Assembly (NCBI GenBank): GCA_013239625.1
Contig: MU054323.1
Span: 3,522,161-3,586,160 of the forward strand
Source of the DNA: Lama guanicoe
Lineage: Eukaryota
Direction: 5' to 3'
DNA length: 64,000 nt
The first letter of the stretch is position 1. Every line of letters begins with the position of its first letter. The notes beneath the pieces were generated by a model, which saw only the letters and a program-made list of their open reading frames with translations, did not search any database and had not been told where the DNA came from. A program made the position numbers and the translations under genes. Positions 23,658 through 39,603 of the stretch are shown piece after piece.

Positions 23658-25515
23658 TGTGTGCCTTGGTGGACGTGTTATCATTCATAGAAATAGGGAA
23701 GAGGGGAGGAGAGGTTTGGAGAAGAGGGAGGTGTTTTATTTTGTTCAGTTTGAAGTGCTGCAGGAGGTTCCTGTGAGGAAAGTTAGGGGGTTTGTGGATC
23801 TGGAGCTCAAAAACCAAGTCAAGGCTAGAGATACATGTTCAGAAATAAAGGTAGGAATTGAAGCCATGAGCATGAATGAGAGTAGTGAAGACAGAAGTTT
23901 TTGATGCCACAAATAAGCTGTTTGAAGCAATGACCAACCTCATAGAAATCTACTGGGTTTGTTCTAAAAGTGTTCCCCACCATTCATCACTTATACACAT
24001 GTGCACACTTCCTGCATGTGAGTCACAATACTCATGTCCCTACGCTGAAGAACAAGAGTGCATTGCACAGAGAAGTTCTTAAAGAATCTTTGCCTTAATA
24101 TTGGGGGAGGGGCTTGATCCATGTCAGTCAGGGTACTCAGAGGATAGCCAGCTCCCTTGTTGTTTAAGGGTGCATTTGCCACCCCTTGTCCTTAGAGAAG
24201 CCCCCGCTCCTAACCTGCCACACTGAGTCCTGGCCCTGGGTCGGTCCTTAGGGATGTCATTGGAAGGCAGCAAGGATGTCTGGATGCCTTGGCACCATAG
24301 CTCACCTGCCTGCTGGGCCCCACCTCCCAGGGCCTGGAGTCTTATTTCTGACCTGCCTCAGGGATGACTCCTGCCCCGAGCTGCCCTTTTCTGGTACCAA
24401 GTGCTGGTGCTGGCCATGAGGGACGTCTGCACACCTGACCTTGCTGTTGTCCCCTGAGACCCTGTCCTTCTCACTACCTTGGAGCCATGGAGGACACAGA
24501 GATGCTGACACCCAATAAAGCAGCCATGAGACTGCCAGCAAACTGAGCATCTGGGGCTGCGGCGTCCACTCACCCAGGACCTCACCCACTCCTGGACTCC
24601 TGGACACCTCGACAGCCTGAGGGGAAGCTCTTCCTCTTGCCAAGCCAGGTTTGGAGTTCTCTCTCTGGTCCAGGCCCTAGCACAGGGAGGGGACCGGGTA
24701 TAGGGGCCTCCTCTGGCCTGGGAGCTAGAAAACCAGAGGCACTTCTGGGAGGGAAGCTTGGTGATCCAGCTTGGGGTTGCCAAACACAAGCACCAGTGAC
24801 TCGAATCCTGGTTTAGAATCTTGTAACCCTGGTAACAAGATTCGTGAGCCTGTGGCTGGAGGGAACTTCCTGTTTACTGATGGTGTCAAGGCTGGTCTGA
24901 GAGGGACAGCCTTCTGTGGTTAACTTGAGCCATGACGTCCGCTACCCTTCCCTCCGGCTGACTCATTATCCCCATCCCCCCACTACCTCCACCCCCAGCC
25001 CTGGTCCAGGTTTGGAGGCTGGGCCCCCTCCAACCCAGGGGAAGGGTCTGCTCCCCTCTGGTGGCCTGGGCCAGAAGCAGTCTTCACGCCCTGTCTGGAC
25101 AGCCCACCTGATGCCTTCTCACACCCCTGTGACTTTGGTGGTACCCCACTTCACAAAGAAAGAAACTGGGGTTCCAAATTTAGCAAAAAGTAAACTACAA
25201 TAGAAAAGAAAATGTCTTGTGAAATTTGAACTTCAGATAAACAACAATACTTTTTAGTGTAAGTATGTGCTGTGCTTTATCTGTGAACCCTAAAAGGAGC
25301 TCAAGCCCAGGCAGGTGGAGCAGCCTGTGTGGGCCCTGTAACTGGCAGTGCACGGTTCCTGCCACTCGGCCAAGGCCTCTCCACATCCCCCGGCCTGCAA
25401 GCAGGTCCAGCTTGGTCACCACTGCGACTCCTGCCCTGGGGTCAAAGGTGTGCCCCTCTAGGTTGTTAGGATGCTGCTAGAAGTGGGGATAACGGTCTGA
25501 CCCCACTACAGAAGG

Positions 25516-25994
25516 AGGCAGACATTCTGCAGCGGTGGTTTCAGAACCTTGTCATGGACCTGCAGCGTCTGCAGCTGTGATGGGCAGTTTTCCGTGTCAG
25601 CTTGACTGTGCCATGGGGTACCCAGACATTTGGTCAAATATTCTTCTGGGTGTGTCTGTAAGGCTGTTTCTGGATGAGATGAACATTTGAATTCTTAGGC
25701 TGAATAAAGCGGATGGTCCTCCCGATGTGGGTGGGCCTCATCTAGTCAGTTGAAGGCCCGAATAGAACAAAAAGGCTGACCCTCCTGCAAATGAGAGTGA
25801 ACTCCTCCTGCCTGACTGTTTTTGAGCTGGGATGCCCATTTTTTCTGCCTTTGGATTCAAACTGAAATATTGGCTTCTCCTGGGTATCAAGCTTGCTGGC
25901 CTTCAGACTGGAATTACATCATCTTTCTCCTAGGTCTCCAGCTTGCTGACTGCAGGTCTTAGGACTTCTCAGCCTTCATAGTCACGTGAGCCAA

Positions 25995-26033
<39 letters not shown>

Positions 26034-26229
26034 TTTTTTTTCCCCATTTACACCCTCAGCAGACTGGAGGGTGTCACATTAGTGATGGTGATCTCCTTCA
26101 CTCAGTCTACTGATGCAGGTGCTAGTCTCCTTTGGGAATACCTTCACACACACGCACCCAGAAATGTTTTACCAGCTGTCCGGACATCCCTTAGCCCAGG
26201 CAGGTTGACACACGAAACTAACCATCACA
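25516..26229 (+). mobile_element. MLT2-like ERVL LTR with internal (CT)n(AT)n microsatellite
   Basis: TGTGATGG..TGTCAGCTTGACTG..CCCAGACATTTGGTCAAATATT..; ends AACTAACCATCACA. Confidence 0.75.
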
Positions 26230-27851
26230 GGCACCTACTATCCTGCTTTACTGTTCTCTGCTCCACTTGCCCTGTTTCTGAAAGACTCTCTTGCCTAGTC
26301 TGAGGCACCTGGTAAGTATTCTTGTTGATTCTGTCTCACACTGTGGGGCATTTTTTAACAAGTCTCTTCACCTCTGGGTGCCTCAGTTTCCTCACCTGTG
26401 AGACAAGGAGGCTGAGCCTTGCTCCACAGGGGAGTTGTAAGGGGTTAACAAGCTTCTGAGGACTGAGCACGTGGGTAGAGGAGATTTAAAAATTACGTGT
26501 TCACCCCCTTCCATCTGGGCATCGTGTCACCAGGGAGGTGGGAAAGGCTGGCTGGGCTGTGTCAAGCCTGTACACTGGACAACAGGAAAGGCCTCTGAAG
26601 CAGGCCCCGCTGTCACCACCAGCACCTGTGCCACTCGGGCCATGTGGTCCAGTAGATCCTGTGGTGGTGGAGGTATCAGTGGTGGGAAGATGCCTTGTGG
26701 AGTCTGTGGCCAGTCCCAGTGGGAGAATCACAATGCAGAGCCTGGCAGCTTTGGAGCGAGGCCAGGCCCTCTGGGACAGAGAACTAAAAGCCTTTTGAAA
26801 AACAGCTTCTGCAATGCTTCTGGGCCCAAGAACAGACAGAACTTCAGCACGGGACGTCAAGTGACCATCCGGCCAAAACTACCATCATGAACTGAGTCCT
26901 GGCAGAACCACCAAATCATAAGATTGAGCAGATCAGCAACAACCCCCAGTGAGAGGGCAGAGGGGCATTTCTGAGTGTGAGCAGGACCAGAGGGCACAGC
27001 AAGCAGGCAGCCCAGAAACCCCATGGCACCCACAGCAGTTGCACCAGCACCCCCCTCAGCTGCCGCCCACGGCTGCAGAGGATCTGAAACGACCAGATGA
27101 AGGAAAAGAAAAAAGACCAAGCTCACTTTCTGGATAGATTCCCTTGGTTATGTAGGTGTAAGCTGGGAATGGATGGCAGCCACGCTGCAGACTCTAAACA
27201 ACAAGGGTTGGAGCATCATGGATGTTGCTTTCCATTAATTTGTTTTCTCATCTATACATTAATTTCATCCATTCATTCTCTCTCTCACAAAGCACCTGTG
27301 GTTACGCCCTGATCCATCCTGCTTCCTCGGCACAGTAGGACTCGGCACTTCTTCTCCTAGCACATCTCCAGCACTTACCTTTGCATGAAACCCTTTCTAT
27401 CAGCATTTAAAAATGCTTAAGTCTCTTTCACTGTATAAGAAAACAAAACTTAGACTTTTTTGAAACACAAACATAGAAATAAGACTTCACCCCACTTCCC
27501 TCTAAGCCTATTGCTCATCTTTCTTCTCCCTTTTATGGCTGAACATCTTAAAAGAATGAATATCTGCTGTCTCAGTGGCTCACCTTCCTAGCACTCCTCG
27601 ACCACCTCCTCCAGGCAGGCCTCCATCTCTGCCGCTCTCTCTAAATGGCCCTTGTCCCTGTCATGCCCTCCTTCTCTCCATCCCTGCTGCCACCAGCCTC
27701 ACCTCTACGCAGGTCTCTGTAACAGCCTCCTAACTTATCTTTGAGTAATATTATTTATTCCTTGGGCTATCCCCCACACAACAACCAGGATGCTCTTTTA
27801 AGAGCATAAGTCTCACATTTCATATGTTACTCATATATGTATTTCATATGT

Positions 27852-28245
27852 TGTATTTGTCGGCTAGGTTCCCACATCAAAATACCACAGACGGGGGTGG
27901 GGGGGGGCTGAAAAAAACAGAAATTTATTTTTTCACAGTCCCAGAGGCTGAAAGTCCCAGACCAAGGTGTTTGGTTTGGTTTCTGGTGAGAATTTTCGCT
28001 TTGCCTTGGAGATGGCTGCCTTCTTGCTGTGTGTCCTCACTTGGCCTCTTCTCATACGTTCCAGTGTGTCTCCTGGTGTCTCTTTCTCAACTTATACAAG
28101 AACACCAACCCTTCTGGGTTAGGGAGCCACCCATATAACCACACTTAACCTTGATTACCTCCCTAAAGGCCCTATTTCCAAATACAGTCACACTGGGGGG
28201 TATCGGGTTTCAACATATGAATTGGCAGGGGACACAATTCAGTCC
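27852..28245 (-). mobile_element. MLT1A-like MaLR LTR
   Basis: AATACCACAGAC..AACAGAAATTTATTTTTTCACAGTC..AGGCTGAAAGTCC..GACACAATTCAG. Confidence 0.7.
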
Positions 28246-29004
28246 AGGAGAGACCCCAATCCTTTATATGGTCTTCCAAAGTCCTGCATGATCAACCTCT
28301 TGCCTGTTCTCCTGTGGTCACCTCCCCCCTTTCTTCTGTTTATTTCTCAGTTCCTCAAATATGCAGGCTTCTTCCCTTTCTAAGACCTTAGCACACACTG
28401 TTCCTCCTGCTTGAAATATTTCTTTTTACCACCCTCCCCCACTCCCTTAGTCTATATAATGCCTACTTATTCCTCAAAAATTAGCTCACATGTATTCCTC
28501 AAGGGAGATTCCTGTGACTCCAACATCAGGTCAGGGCCCTCCCACTTATATTTCTTCTTTGCGTGCCTTACTTCTCCTGTGCACTTAATATCATTGCAAT
28601 TAAATCTTTAACTGTATAATTAATTGTTTAATGCCGCTCTCCCTTCCATAGGATGAAAGCTCCAAAATTGTAAGGACTACATCTGCTTTGTTCACTGCCA
28701 TGTCCCCAGCACCTAACACACTGCACTGTACACACTGGGACCTTAAAAAACAATTATTTAAAGAATTAATTCACAAAGGTTGAAGGTAGATTCTGTATTG
28801 GATTTTCAGGTGAAGAGAAATGCCAGAAATCAGTGGTAATTAAAAAACCCTGTCCCTCGGTGAACCTCTTTCTAGTCAGGAAAGCCAGGGTGATAATAAT
28901 TATATCATCTTGATCTATTTTGGTAGTTACACAGAAGACTCTACCTGAAATCTCAATGTTAAATTTCCATCCTTGCCCAGATTGCTCAATCATGGGAGAT
29001 TATT

Positions 29005-29490
29005 TTCAAAGATGGCTGAAGCAATTTATCCCAAGCTCTTTGGAACATCTGATGACTTCGCTTCTCTTACTCACAAGAGGGAGTGTCAACTAGTCCTCCC
29101 TTTAAATCTGGGTGGGCCCTGTTATTTACATGGGCCATAGAATTTGGCAGAAGTGATGTGATGTGAGTTTTGCCCCCCCCCCCCGCCATGAGTCTTTACA
29201 GCATCTGCTTCCGCTCTCTTGGAAGGCTGCCCCAGGACCACCATGCAGAGAAGCTGGGTGAGACTCTTGAAGGGTGGAAGGGCAAATGCAGGGAAATCAG
29301 GGCGACCCAGCCGATAGCGAGCACCATGTCCTGGACATGCAAGTAAGATCCTTTTGGGTCTTCCTTCCCAGTGAATCTTCCAGATGGAATGAATAGCATG
29401 AGCAAGCCCAGGAGAAGCCAACAGAGGAACTCACAGAATTGGGAGAATAATAAATCTTTGCTGCGTGGTTTATTACCCAGAAATGGCTGA
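29005..29490 (+). mobile_element. MLT1-like MaLR LTR
   Basis: CAAAGATGGC..TAGAATTTGGCAGAAGTGATG..CACAGAATTGGGAGAATAATAAA. Confidence 0.6.
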
Positions 29491-32400
29491 GTGGAATGTC
29501 AGACCTCCTAATTTCCACATAATAATCCTATTTCCCCTTCTCTAAACAGTCATGCCCTCCCTCCTGACTCTCTTACTGTCACACTCAGTATGACTCATCA
29601 GAACCCTCCAGAATGTCGCTGTTTCGAACTGCAAATCCTAACGAGAAAACAGACAAGATAAGTGATTCACAGCGGGGTCTACATCTGTGACTTCCGCTGA
29701 GTCTGGATGTAGAGTGTTGTCAGGGAGCATATACTTGGAAAGCTGGCCACATTCACTGACTCCTTAAGACAGGGGGCTCCCGAGGTGGAAGGTGGTAGCA
29801 AAGTCCCTGCACGCACCTCCTCTGCCCTTGGATGCAATGTCTACACTTGAAATGCAGCCCAGGATTTTTGCCATACGCAAATCTCCTTCCTGTAACACAG
29901 CTGGGCATTCTAGAAGCTCTTCCATGTGTACGCATTGGCCTATCTTGTTGCAGCATTGGTCACTGTAGCATTGTCTGTAGAAGAAAAAAACCTGGAATAA
30001 CACAAATATCCAACAACAGGACAGTGGATCAATATTTACACAATAGAATACTTTACTGGTAAAATGAATGAACGAGAGCGCCATGCCTTAACAAACCTAT
30101 GTCTCAAAAGACACATCACTGAATAAAAACAGCAAGTTGCAGAAGTTATGTAAAGTATGATACTATTTATGTAAAAATTTATAACATGCAAAACACCACT
30201 AAATACTCTTTAGGACACACTCGTACATAGTAAATGTATAAGTACGTGCACGAGGACATTAAACAGCTTAGTTGAGGGAGGGAGGGTGGGGCACACCATT
30301 GGGGAGGGGTACCCAGGAGTTCCACGGGCGCCAAAATGATTTGAAATAAACACAGGTTATTCAAAGACTGGCCAAGCTGGTGGCAGGTATTATTCTCTAT
30401 ATTTTTCTCATTCTTGAATCATTACGTGATTAAAAACTGTAAAAGCCACCCCCACCCCCTTCCTTCTTACTGATCAAGTGTATCTTTTCTACAGTCCAAC
30501 TTTTTCAACATTGCCTAAGAGGTCCATGGCCTGCTTAGTTTTAGTTTGTGACAATAGAGCTTTACGTCAGGGGAGGTTTCAGAGGGAAAGGAAAGAAGTT
30601 ACCTCCGGGAGGGCTGTCTTCCCAGTGTGAGTTCAGGACATGACTGCCAAGGGAGTGAATGATGTTGGTGGGACTTCCTGCACCAGCTGCACTCTGCCAG
30701 GCCCGCTGGCCTCTCATTAGCCATGGCAGCCGTGGGCTTTGAAGGCAGACCCTGTCTGGTCAGAAGAGCTGGTCCAGAGGCCTGCTTCCGGAAGGGAGTG
30801 GGTGATTCACTGAGAAGGGAAAGGAGGATGAGGGCACCATTTGGGAAACATGCTTCGACGATGGAAGTGAACAAAATGGTATTTACTGCCCGAGAGTTTG
30901 AGAGTCACTTCTGAGTGTGATCCGGGCTGTTCTAAGACCCTCAACCTGGAGGAGCCAGGAAGTAGCCCTGAGTTTTCATGCTCCTGGGAACCTCTGTGCT
31001 CAGTGGGTGCTGCCCCCAAGGGCAGACTGCTCACCAGACACTGGTTTCAACATTTACTGCCACCGTGACCCTACGCCAGTTATTTAAACTCCCTAATCTC
31101 TGCCTCCTTATCTCTAAGTGGTGGAGCTAATAATAGTGTAATATAAATAAAACTGGGCTGGCTCAGTTCTAGCTCAGTTCTGGGTTGCCTCTGGAAGATG
31201 CGTAACTTCAGTTCAAAAAAATCTTGAAATATAAATATGTATATAAATCTCCCAAAGAGGGGACAAATGGAGCTATAGTGCAAAACACAAGAAAAATTTC
31301 CAGAACTTCCTCTTCACCCAGCAAATTCCCCAGAGCCCTGTCCTCCAGGAAGCCCCTCCCACAAACCTCTCTTCCCTCAATCTCTTCTCACCCCATTTCT
31401 CTCTTGCCCTCTTCTCTGTTCTCCTGGACAAGTTGTTTTCTTCTGGGAGAAGCTCCAGGACCTTTCAAAATGTAAATCAACTTAGCCTTTTGGTTCCTTT
31501 CAATTTTCCTCTCCACTAATGATCACAAGGAAGAGCCTGTGGTCTGGGCAAACCCAGAATCCATCTGGAAAGGGGCAGGGGGAGGTGTCTGGATAAGGCT
31601 CTCAGGATCAGACAGCTTTTGTCCCCATCACAATAGCACCTTGTTCAGTCTTGTGAGAATTAGAGGAGATAATGCATGTCAAGAACTTAACAGTAACTAA
31701 CACAGGACTAACCATCCCCAAACGGTTACTTTTTATTCCTATTGTTATAATCACCCTCATTGGTACTGATTATTTCTAAGAACTTAAATTTACTTCTTTT
31801 GAATTCCAAGAACTTCAACCAAAAGTTTAAAAAAATCCAATTGTGGTCAAGAGGTTGTGGAGTGTTCCCCATTTGAGATGAGCCAAGTTCTGCCTTCTCC
31901 GCTCAGTAACCAGGGACATTTGCCATAGTTGATTTGTGGAGATGTGAGGTGATCGTTGGGCTGCCCTCTCATGATTCTGGGGAGCCCACCGAAGGGCCTT
32001 GGTCTGCCCTCGAGTGTCAACCAGGATGCCGGTGAGCTCCACACTCTCTCTGCACATGTAGACTCATTGGGCAGCTCAATATCCACTTGACCTGGGGTAC
32101 CTCTGCAGAGGCCTCATCCTGCGGCCATCTGACTGGCCGGGCCACAGAACCAGCAGGTCTGAAGGTCAAGGTGAAACCACCTCTGGAGTCCTGACCTTGG
32201 GAGCGTCCCCCAAAAAGGGCTTAGACAAACAGCAGTGTACTTAGAAGTGGCTCCCGGGGTGGAAGCCAGGGCCTGTAGAGATGGGTTCTTGGGACCAGAA
32301 CTGCTTAGATATGGGAAGACCTGGACAGGGATCCATTTATAAGAAACAAAGGGCTGTCCTGTGACAAGGATGTGGACTCCTGTGTCACCTCAGACCCAGC

Positions 32401-32802
32401 TTCCAGGAGTTGCAGGAGGGGTGCCCTCCTTCCAGGCAGTGGGGATGGCTGTCCCTCCGTTTCGGCAGTGGGAGTGTGTGCACACAGGGGTTGCTGGGAG
32501 GGGATGGGACAAGCGGAGGCTGGAGGACCCCTTACTCAGAACAACAGCAGAGTCTCCAGGTACTTACCACGTGCCAGGCCCCGTTGTAAACCCTTTACAC
32601 ACGACAACTCATTTAACTCGCCATGGCCCCGTGAGGGAGGCAGTACCAATGCCCCCAGTGCAAAGACGGGAAACAGGCAGAGGGCGGCGGTGCCCAGGGC
32701 CATGCAGCGGGTCTGCAGAGGCCCAGGGGAAGCTGCAGGCTCACGGCCGCACACATGCTCCACCCACCCACCCAGCCCCCTTCCTCCAGCACAGGCCCAG
32801 GG

Positions 32803-32955
32803 CAGTGCTTCTCAGACTCCTTGTTCAAACAAATCCCCTGGAGAGCTTGTTGAACTCCGGATTCTGATTCTGTAGGGGCCTGAGATTCTCTGTTTCTAAT
32901 AAACTTCCAAGAAATGCTAGTGTTGCTGGTCCCCAGATCACACTTTGAGTAGCAA
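32803..32955. mobile_element. MER5A-like hAT element
   Basis: CAGTGCTTCTCA..GATTCTGATTC..GGGCCTGAGATT..CACACTTTGAGTAGCA. Confidence 0.7.
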
Positions 32956-33219
32956 AAGCCTGGAAGCCCATGGAACCTCTTGCAGCTATCAGGTTCATGT
33001 GTGCCCCTAGGACCTGCTGGCGTCCAGGAGAGATGAGCCCTGTCTGGACTGTGGTGGGAGGGAAGTAGACAGGACAGGGGCCCTGGGGCGCATCAGGTCT
33101 ACCTCCTGGATGGACACAGAGCCAGCCCTCGTCTGCCTCTCCCCTCTTAGTCACAGCAGGTGCCCTGCTCAGGGCACACCTCTCCCAGGAGGGTGGGCGT
33201 GGGAGCTGAGACAGCCCCG

Positions 33220-33308
33220 ATACACAGACACAGACAGAGACACAGACCTACACAGACACACACACAGGCACAGACACACAACAGAAACAGATACACACAG
33301 ACACACAC
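33220..33308. repeat. Low-complexity CA/GACA-rich simple repeat
   Basis: acacagacacagacagagacacagacctacacagacacacacac... Confidence 0.8.
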
Positions 33309-33711
33309 CCAACCCCACCCTGGGCCTGGCATGCCAGATTTCTCCGGGGACTACTCAGAGTGCACATGGCAACCTCACCAGCACAAGGCCTTTCTCTGAG
33401 TCTCCCACAGACCAGGGAGAGGAGGTGGCAGTCTGGGAAGTGGGAACACACCTCCCCCAGGTCCTGTTGTATTCTCAAACCTTCTCTCTCCTCTACATCC
33501 TTCCTCTGCCTGGATGACCAGAGAGTCCTCCTAATCTGAAGCCTGCTTCTCAGCTTCCCTCTCTGGGCCATTCTCCACAGGCAGCCAGCACGGCCATATG
33601 AAACAAAGCCTAACGTGTCACCTCCACTCTAAAATCTCTGGAGGAATAACACATTTGCATTAAAAAAATTCAATGACTTTCTATTGCCCACAATACAAAC
33701 TCCTCACCTTC

Positions 33712-34672
33712 CGTACAAAAAGGAGTTAACATAGCAAGTCTGACTGCTTATTCTTAGAAATAAGTTAGAAGTGGAGAGTGGAGTTCCCATCATTAACTGT
33801 GCCTGAACTGTCCGTACAGACAATCAATATGGTTCATGCTGAGTACCTGCTTCCTTTCTGGGAGTCTAGAGTTTGGGTACATGCCAGGCAGAGGATGTCC
33901 CTGTGATCAGCCCTTGTTTTAACCAGCTTCTAGAGAAGCTGAGCCAGTGTGTATCAGTCATTTTAAAGAAATGGCTTATGCAATTGTCAGGGCTGACAAG
34001 TTTGAAATCTGTATAACAGACTGGCAGGCTGGACGTTCAGAGCTGACTTTGGCACCTGGAGCCCAAGAACACGGGGCAGCAGGCTGGAAACGCAGGCAGG
34101 GTGTCTATGTTGCTGTATAGGAGAATTCTCCCTTCTCAGGGAAACCTCAGTCTTTGTTCTTAAGGCCTTCAGCTGATTAGGGGAAGCCCACCTGTATTAT
34201 GGAGAGTAATCAGCTTTACTCAAAGTTCACAGATTTACATGTTAATCTCCTCTAAAATATACCTTCACAGCAACTTCTAGACTGGTGTTTGATCAAACAA
34301 CTGGCCACCATAGCCTGGCCAAGTTGACATAAATAATTAGCCATCACAACTCCTCCTGAAATGCTGGGCACTGAGCCTCTAACAAGTTGGCAATGCTTTA
34401 CATGTGTTGTCACAACTCACTGCTGGGGGAAGTAAGCACGTCCTGTGTGGCTCCCTGGGAGAAGACTCTGATCTCACACTCTCAAGAACAATTTCCCTTG
34501 CACCTGGTGTCCCCCAGACTTCACCCCATGTGTCTTTCCCTTGGCTGATCTTGTTTTGCATCCCATTCTAACAAATCACAGCTGTGAGTACAACTATACA
34601 CTATGTCCTGTGAGTACTCTTCATAAATCATAGAAACAAGGGGGTGGCATTGGGGATTCCCGACCCACCCTC
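33712..34672 (+). mobile_element. MER21-like ERVL LTR with nested MLT2-like LTR (~33950-34348)
   Basis: AAAAGGAGTTAACATAGCAAGTCTGACTGCT..; inner element ends CCAAGTTGACATAAATAATTAGCCATCACA. Confidence 0.55.
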
Positions 34673-34764
34673 ATATGCTCTGATCTGGGCTGGGCCAGAC
34701 TCCTGGTTCCAATGACTACTTCTCTCCACCTTATATCACACATTCCCAACAAGTGGTCAAGACA

Positions 34765-35240
34765 GCTTGTTTGGTTATCCAGTCCTGTGAAATAAACCAT
34801 CCCCAAAACATAGTGGCTTAAGACAGCCATAATGTATTATTCCTTATGAGTCTTTGGGTTAACTCAGGCAGTTCTTCTGTTTCCCATGGTGTTGGCTGGA
34901 GTGTTAGGAAGGAAGGTTCAAATGGCCCCACCCACAGAGCTGGCAGTTGGTGCCGGCCACCAGCTGGTAACTTAGCTGAGGCTATTGATCAAGGGCCCAA
35001 TTCTTTTCCATTTGGGCTTCTCCACATGGCTGATTGAGTCTCCTTAAAGCCTGGCAACTCGGTTCCAGGAAGAAGCATTTTAAAAGGGCAAGCCCCAATA
35101 TGCAAGTACTTATCAAGTTGCAGCTTATGTCATTCCTGCTGATGTCCCATTGGCTTAAGCCAGCCACATGACCAAGCTCAGGCTCATCATGGGGACCACA
35201 CAAGGAGATGACTGTTGAGAAGGGTGATTCATTGAGGGCA
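34765..35240 (-). mobile_element. MLT1-like MaLR LTR
   Basis: AACCATCCCCAAAACATAGTGGCTTAAGACA..TCTCCACATGGC..GTCCCATTGGC. Confidence 0.6.
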
Positions 35241-37841
35241 CCAAAGTACCAATATACCTCTTAGTTCAAGCCTACTCTGGCTCCTCCCTATGTGCCTACC
35301 CATTTATAGTGCTTACCACACGAGATTGAAAGAGTCAATTGAATTGCTATGACTATTGTACTGTATTGCCACTTATGTTTATGAACTAGAGCTCCTCTGA
35401 GGGCTGAGACTCTGTCTTATTCCTCCCTGGCTCCCACTGCTGACACAGAGTATGTCTGCAGAATAAATGATTGAATGAGAGCAGTAACTGTCATTACCTT
35501 CTTCATATCCGCCAGGTGCAAGCTCTGTCCCTACCTCATTTAGACATAGGAAGTTCAACAGCTGTGAGATGCCATCTATGTCAGGTCCTTGAGCTCCTTA
35601 AAGCATGGCAGCTGGTTCTAGACAGAGTTTCTGGCCTACAGGAGGCCCCTAACACATGTGAGGGGAATGAATGGATGAATGAATGAGTGAGAATTCCTAG
35701 GCATATCACTGAGATTTCCAAGCTATAGATGCGCCAGTTTCTTTCTTAAACATACAACGTGACCAAGCTGAGAAGAAATCACACAAGTCTACTTTCCACA
35801 GATGAAAAGAAACAGTTCCATCAGAGAGCTGTCGAAAAGAGAGATTTTTCACTGCTCTCCTTTCTGATGGCGGACCCTCATGAAGAACAATCTCTTTTGT
35901 TAAACCGTGTTCCACCGACCCATGTGGCTGAGCAGAAGCAGAGGTCCTGGGATGGCGAGGTCAAATGTATCCATCGTAGTCTCCTCACGACTGTAATGCC
36001 TGCTCCCCAGACTGCCCAGATCTGAGCAGTGGCTCCTAATATAAGCTTTGTCTCGTGCTAAAAATAGCCACAGACACATCTTCAGTGGAGTGTGGAAACC
36101 CATTGTGTATTCAGCTCCTCCCTGTTGCAAAATCCTGATATCATCAGAGAACACAAGAAGTGAATCATCCCTGTATAAATACTTTGATTAGATCATTTGC
36201 TTTCAAGACTAAAAAAAAGGGGAAGAGAAAAAAATGTTGTGTTATTGACCTCTGGACTGGCATAAAGGGGTAACATCTCCTACCCTGCTACATGCTAGTC
36301 CCCACGTAGCTGTGAGGATAATTTATTCTTACTTAAGACTGCATTTCATTGGTTTCCATCCTTTGGAATCGTTCATCTTTCAAATATCCGTTTAAGCAAT
36401 TCAACTAAGAGAAGGAAGGTCTTGAATAATAAAATTTAAGAAAAAGGATTTTTTGTTTTAGAAAATTATAATATTATTTTCTAATATTGATCCATAAAAA
36501 ATGAAATTCATCTAGTCAGGGGCCACAAACTGGTTCTGTGGGCTAAATCCAGCCTTCCCTGCCTATGTCTTTTTACGACAGCATGGTAGTTTGTTTTTAA
36601 ATCCTAAACTTTTATTGCTTAGAAGGGGCACGTTTCCTGGATCCCCCACAGTTTCCAACACTTGCCACTACATCTTACACATGGTTATGTTAACTGCGGG
36701 ACCTCTGTGGATATTTCACAAATGAGGGAACTGAGACCCAGAAAGGACAGTTTGCCCAAGGCGGTATAGCTAGGAATTGAAGACCTAAAAAGCAGGTCTC
36801 CAGTTTCCTGGTACGAGGCTCTCTCTCCTGGTTACCACTTTCCCATAGCTTTGGCTAAATTAACAAATGTATGTGCAATTTCAGCACCTGCCACAGAAAC
36901 TGCTAGCATTGCTGGGGTGGGTGTTGTCATGACAGCACTTATATAACGGTGAGTTCTTGCCTTTCTGCCCTCCCGCTCCCCAGGGCAAGACAAACCTCAC
37001 CCAAGATGTCATCCGGCAAACCTCACTTGTAGGAAGAGGAACAACTCCCTACTTCTCCCTTCTTACCAGTTGGCTCTGATTGGAAACTTTCTTTCCATAA
37101 TATCCACACATGTTGGATGTTTTAGATGGTACAAATGGGCATCTCTTCTGGAAAAATCCTCCTGGTTAGTCAAGGCCCTGCTCAACTGTAAATCTTGTGT
37201 GAAGCCAGCTCCACTCTCCACTTACATATTAGTGACTTCACATCCCAGAGTGGGGACGGGGTATGTCCTTAAGTATTAGTCCTAAGACTTTGGTGTCTTC
37301 ACCTCCCCATCTCCGCTCTCTCCTCTCAATCCATGTCTACTGAATTGAATCGAGAGAATTGTGGTGATATGAGAGTTTCACAATACAATCTACACCCCCC
37401 ACTTTTCCACCAAAAGTGGATTAGGATGAGATTTTGATGCCCTTTTCTGGAAAGGAAAAAAGTGGCCAAGCAAAAAGGCCCCCAATAGCCTCTACTGTTC
37501 AAGAAAACATCGCCCAGTGCTGGGATGAGAGCTGGACACCCTGGGGAGGGGGCTACTGCTCTCGGGGAGCAGATGAAAAGTCCTAGAGATGCCTGGCCTG
37601 GGAAAGCAATGACAGAAAGTCGGACCAAGAAGCCACAAATAGCCCCAAACCACAGTGTTCATCTGAGTGTCTGAGCCCATCTGAAGTCCAGCTGCAAGTT
37701 TAGGACAAATCAGGGCAATCAAACCTCCACCTCCCACAGGAAGATTCAGGAGCTCCAGGGAGCTCATATGAAGGTGACTCTGGTAGGATGGTGAGTGAGG
37801 GAGTAGCCAGGGAGTCACGTGAACTCATAGACATTTTAGAG

Positions 37842-39603
<1,762 letters not shown>

